A DNA stretch of 64,000 nt, taken from positions 3,224,001 to 3,288,000 of the forward strand of contig NC_043006.1 in NCBI RefSeq assembly GCF_006345805.1. Reading direction: 5' to 3'. This stretch comes from Octopus sinensis. Taxonomy: Eukaryota. Below the pieces are notes generated by a model. It searched no databases, was not told the origin of the DNA, and was given only the letters and a program-made list of their open reading frames with translations. The position numbers were made by a program, and so were the translations under genes. Position 1 is the first letter of the stretch. Each line of letters starts with the position of its first letter. This document shows positions 61,547-64,000 of the stretch, one piece after another.

Positions 61547-61702
61547 CCTTTATGTGTTCCAGTCCAAAGTCTGTGGCCATGTTGGGAGCACCGATGTGAC
61601 TTTATATGTCCAGTTCAAAGTCTGTGATCATACTGGGACACCGTGGTGACTTTATGCCTTTATGTGTTCCAGTTCAAAGTCTGTGTCCATGCTGGGGTAC
61701 TG
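61547..61702. repeat. Three diverged ~50-bp tandem units resembling the SINE A tail
   Basis: ctttatgtgttccagt.caaagtctgtg..cat..tggg repeated three times. Confidence 0.75.
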
Positions 61703-62054
61703 TTCGTAGCTGAGTGTCGTTGTGTAAGGGGTCTGTAAGTGTGGTCCATTAAAAAAAGGCATTGATCAACTGAAGGCTACAGTAAAAGAGACAACAGCAA
61801 AACTTGCCTAATTATCGAGCGGTGGAATCAAACCCAGTAACCAAGTGAACGCCTCAGCCTCATAGCCAAGTATGTTTATCGACAGTTTAGCACGACCATC
61901 GAACACTTGTCAAACTCTAACGGAAATCACTCAGCAAACATTCGAACTTGGTATCCTGTCTGTGTAATAACTTCCTTGCAGCCATCTTGAATATCCTGCC
62001 GTATGTCACTCATGATGATCTTTCTTCAGCTAAGCCATTAAAGTATACTCGTCT

Positions 62055-62415
62055 ATTATTTTATTCTTTTATTTGTTTCAGTCATTGGACTGCGGCCTTG
62101 CAGGGGCAACGCCTTGAAGTGTTTCGTTGAACATACGGACTTATTTTAAAGTCTGATGCTTATAGTATGGTTCTTTATTTTTGCCACACTACTAAGTTAC
62201 GAAGGTCATAAACAAACCTACACTGGTTGTCAAGGGATAGGCGACAAGCACAAAGTTACATGTACAGAAACATACATACTCACACACACGCGCGCACACG
62301 CTTGTACATGACGAACTTCCATACAGTTTCCATAAATCTAATTCACTCAAAAATGCATTAATCGACCCGGCACTGTACAAGAAGATACTTGCCTAAGGTG
62401 TCGTGCAGTGGGACT
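62055..62415 (-). mobile_element. SINE family A, decayed
   Basis: Tail ttgtttcagtcattggactgcggcc; head aaggtgtcgtgcagtgggact. Confidence 0.75.
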
Positions 62416-64000
62416 TCTTCATCACACAATCAACATTTATTTATTCATTTACTTTCCAGCTGTTGTATATTTTTTTCAGCTATGCATTTCAAATACATTC
62501 ATTGCGGATGTGTAACATTAGAAAGAAACATAACAACAATACTTTTTGGTTCAATTGTTGCGATTGCTTTTGTTATCTTTGTTGTTGTTTTCTTATTAAG
62601 TCATGCTCTTTTTACCTTTTTTTTTTTCGTGGAGTATTTTCTTAAAGAAGGTTCTTTCTGGAATATTTTGCGTTTTAAGTATTCGTTCCAAGATTTTGGT
62701 TCGAAGATAACTTCCTACTTTACCACTACCAGTAACGGAAGCCCTGTAAAGAGACTCGCCTGAGCGATGCCTTTTCTGTGATTACTTCAGGATCATCGAA
62801 CCAGTTACCTACACTACGATACACATCCGTAATCACTATAGCCTTTTTTTTTTGTAATACTCTCAGCAAAGCAACAAGGAACTCTTTCCAAGAATTTTAT
62901 GTTTATATTTGTACGCCCAAGTTTTGCAAAAGACTTAGTGAACTCATCGTTTCTGGAAAATCGATGCTCTGTAAATGTAGGGAAAGTAAACGAGTTATTC
63001 GCTCTGCACATGTAAAGATCTAAGACTAAAGTCTCACAGGTATGACTTGGGTAGTATTATGGGTTTGTCGTGTCTGCATATAAAAACAGGCAAGTGGGAC
63101 GTTTGTGTTTTCAGTTCGGTTTGGGTTTTCTTAATTCAGTCAGCAAATTCCAGACAGTGAATAACGAAAGTTTCAGTTGGTCCCAATTCATACGTAGCAA
63201 CATGAGTTGAATTCAGCAACTTAGTGAATAACCAAAAGCTGGTTCATGCTTATAGTGAATCCGCCATGTTTCGTACAAGATAAGAAACCATTTACGAGGC
63301 AGTAAACATTCATCATTACTTTGTAGAAGGAAAAGAAAGAAAGAAGGAAAAAAGATAGGAAGGAAGAAAAGAAAGCGGGAGGGAAAATGGAAGAGATGCA
63401 ACAGAAACAAAAGTAAAGGAAATGACGAAGTATTTTAATCATATTACATAAAAATAAATACCTTCGTTGGTAGCCATAATCTTCCTACAATTTTTTTGCT
63501 TTAAAGAATTTCAAATAACTGAATGCATAAAATATAGGGTTTCAAACTTAACAGATACAAGTTCGTATCTCATTTTTTCCTATTACTTCTTCCAAGTCAA
63601 TAGGTTTCTTTCTGTACTTTTTCTCCATCATTCGCGAAATATTGTCACTATTACACACAGCAAAATGGAGGGTGATGGCTCGGTGATAAACGCACAAAGA
63701 AGCGAGGAATTGACTAGATATTTTGTGGTATTGTGTATATCTAAATTGGTTTACTGCAGAACAGAATGACCGTGAATTTCATTTTGTTTCAGATGAGGAC
63801 ATTTAATACCCCACAATTATATAGCAGGAAATGCTCTAGTATTCGTTGTTGTATTCTTTGTATTACACACACACACACACCACACACACACACACACACA
63901 GACACACAGACACACAGACACACAGACACACAGACACACACACACATACATAATAAAAAAGATACAAGTGTGTGTATGTGTGTGTGTACACACACACAGG

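Noticed and set aside
61547-61702. CRISPR-like repeat array
   Set aside because: Eukaryotic context, no unique spacers, no cas genes.
62778-63045. Short ORFs and a cag|gtatga donor
   Set aside because: No open frame links a clear acceptor to the donor, and no homology was recognised.

Overview
AT-rich, microsatellite-dense eukaryotic DNA with one 100-N gap (28802-28901). It is most likely coleoid cephalopod (Octopus-like), inferred from the SINE families. No intact multi-exon gene is visible; there are only a few candidate exons. The window is dominated by decayed transposons: tRNA-derived SINEs of several families, Penelope-like elements (PLEs), RTE, CR1/L2-like and R4/Dong-like LINEs, Tc1/mariner, MITEs, and a 5S rRNA pseudogene. 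The most striking observation is RNA-structural. Four highly diverged (TA)n-inserted elements (4788-4896 +, 8351-8477 -, 26959-27080 -, 32501-32631 -) share a covarying fold containing all hammerhead-ribozyme core elements in a strand order that is not type I, II or III: cleavage strand first, inside loop II, then GAAA, then CUGANGA 24-25 nt later. The window also holds about ten minimal hammerhead-like motifs with variant cores (U3:A8, A3:U8, U4C, A6C), a back-to-back opposite-polarity hammerhead pair, and several long fold-back duplications. All folds were derived by eye, and no ribozyme activity has been demonstrated.
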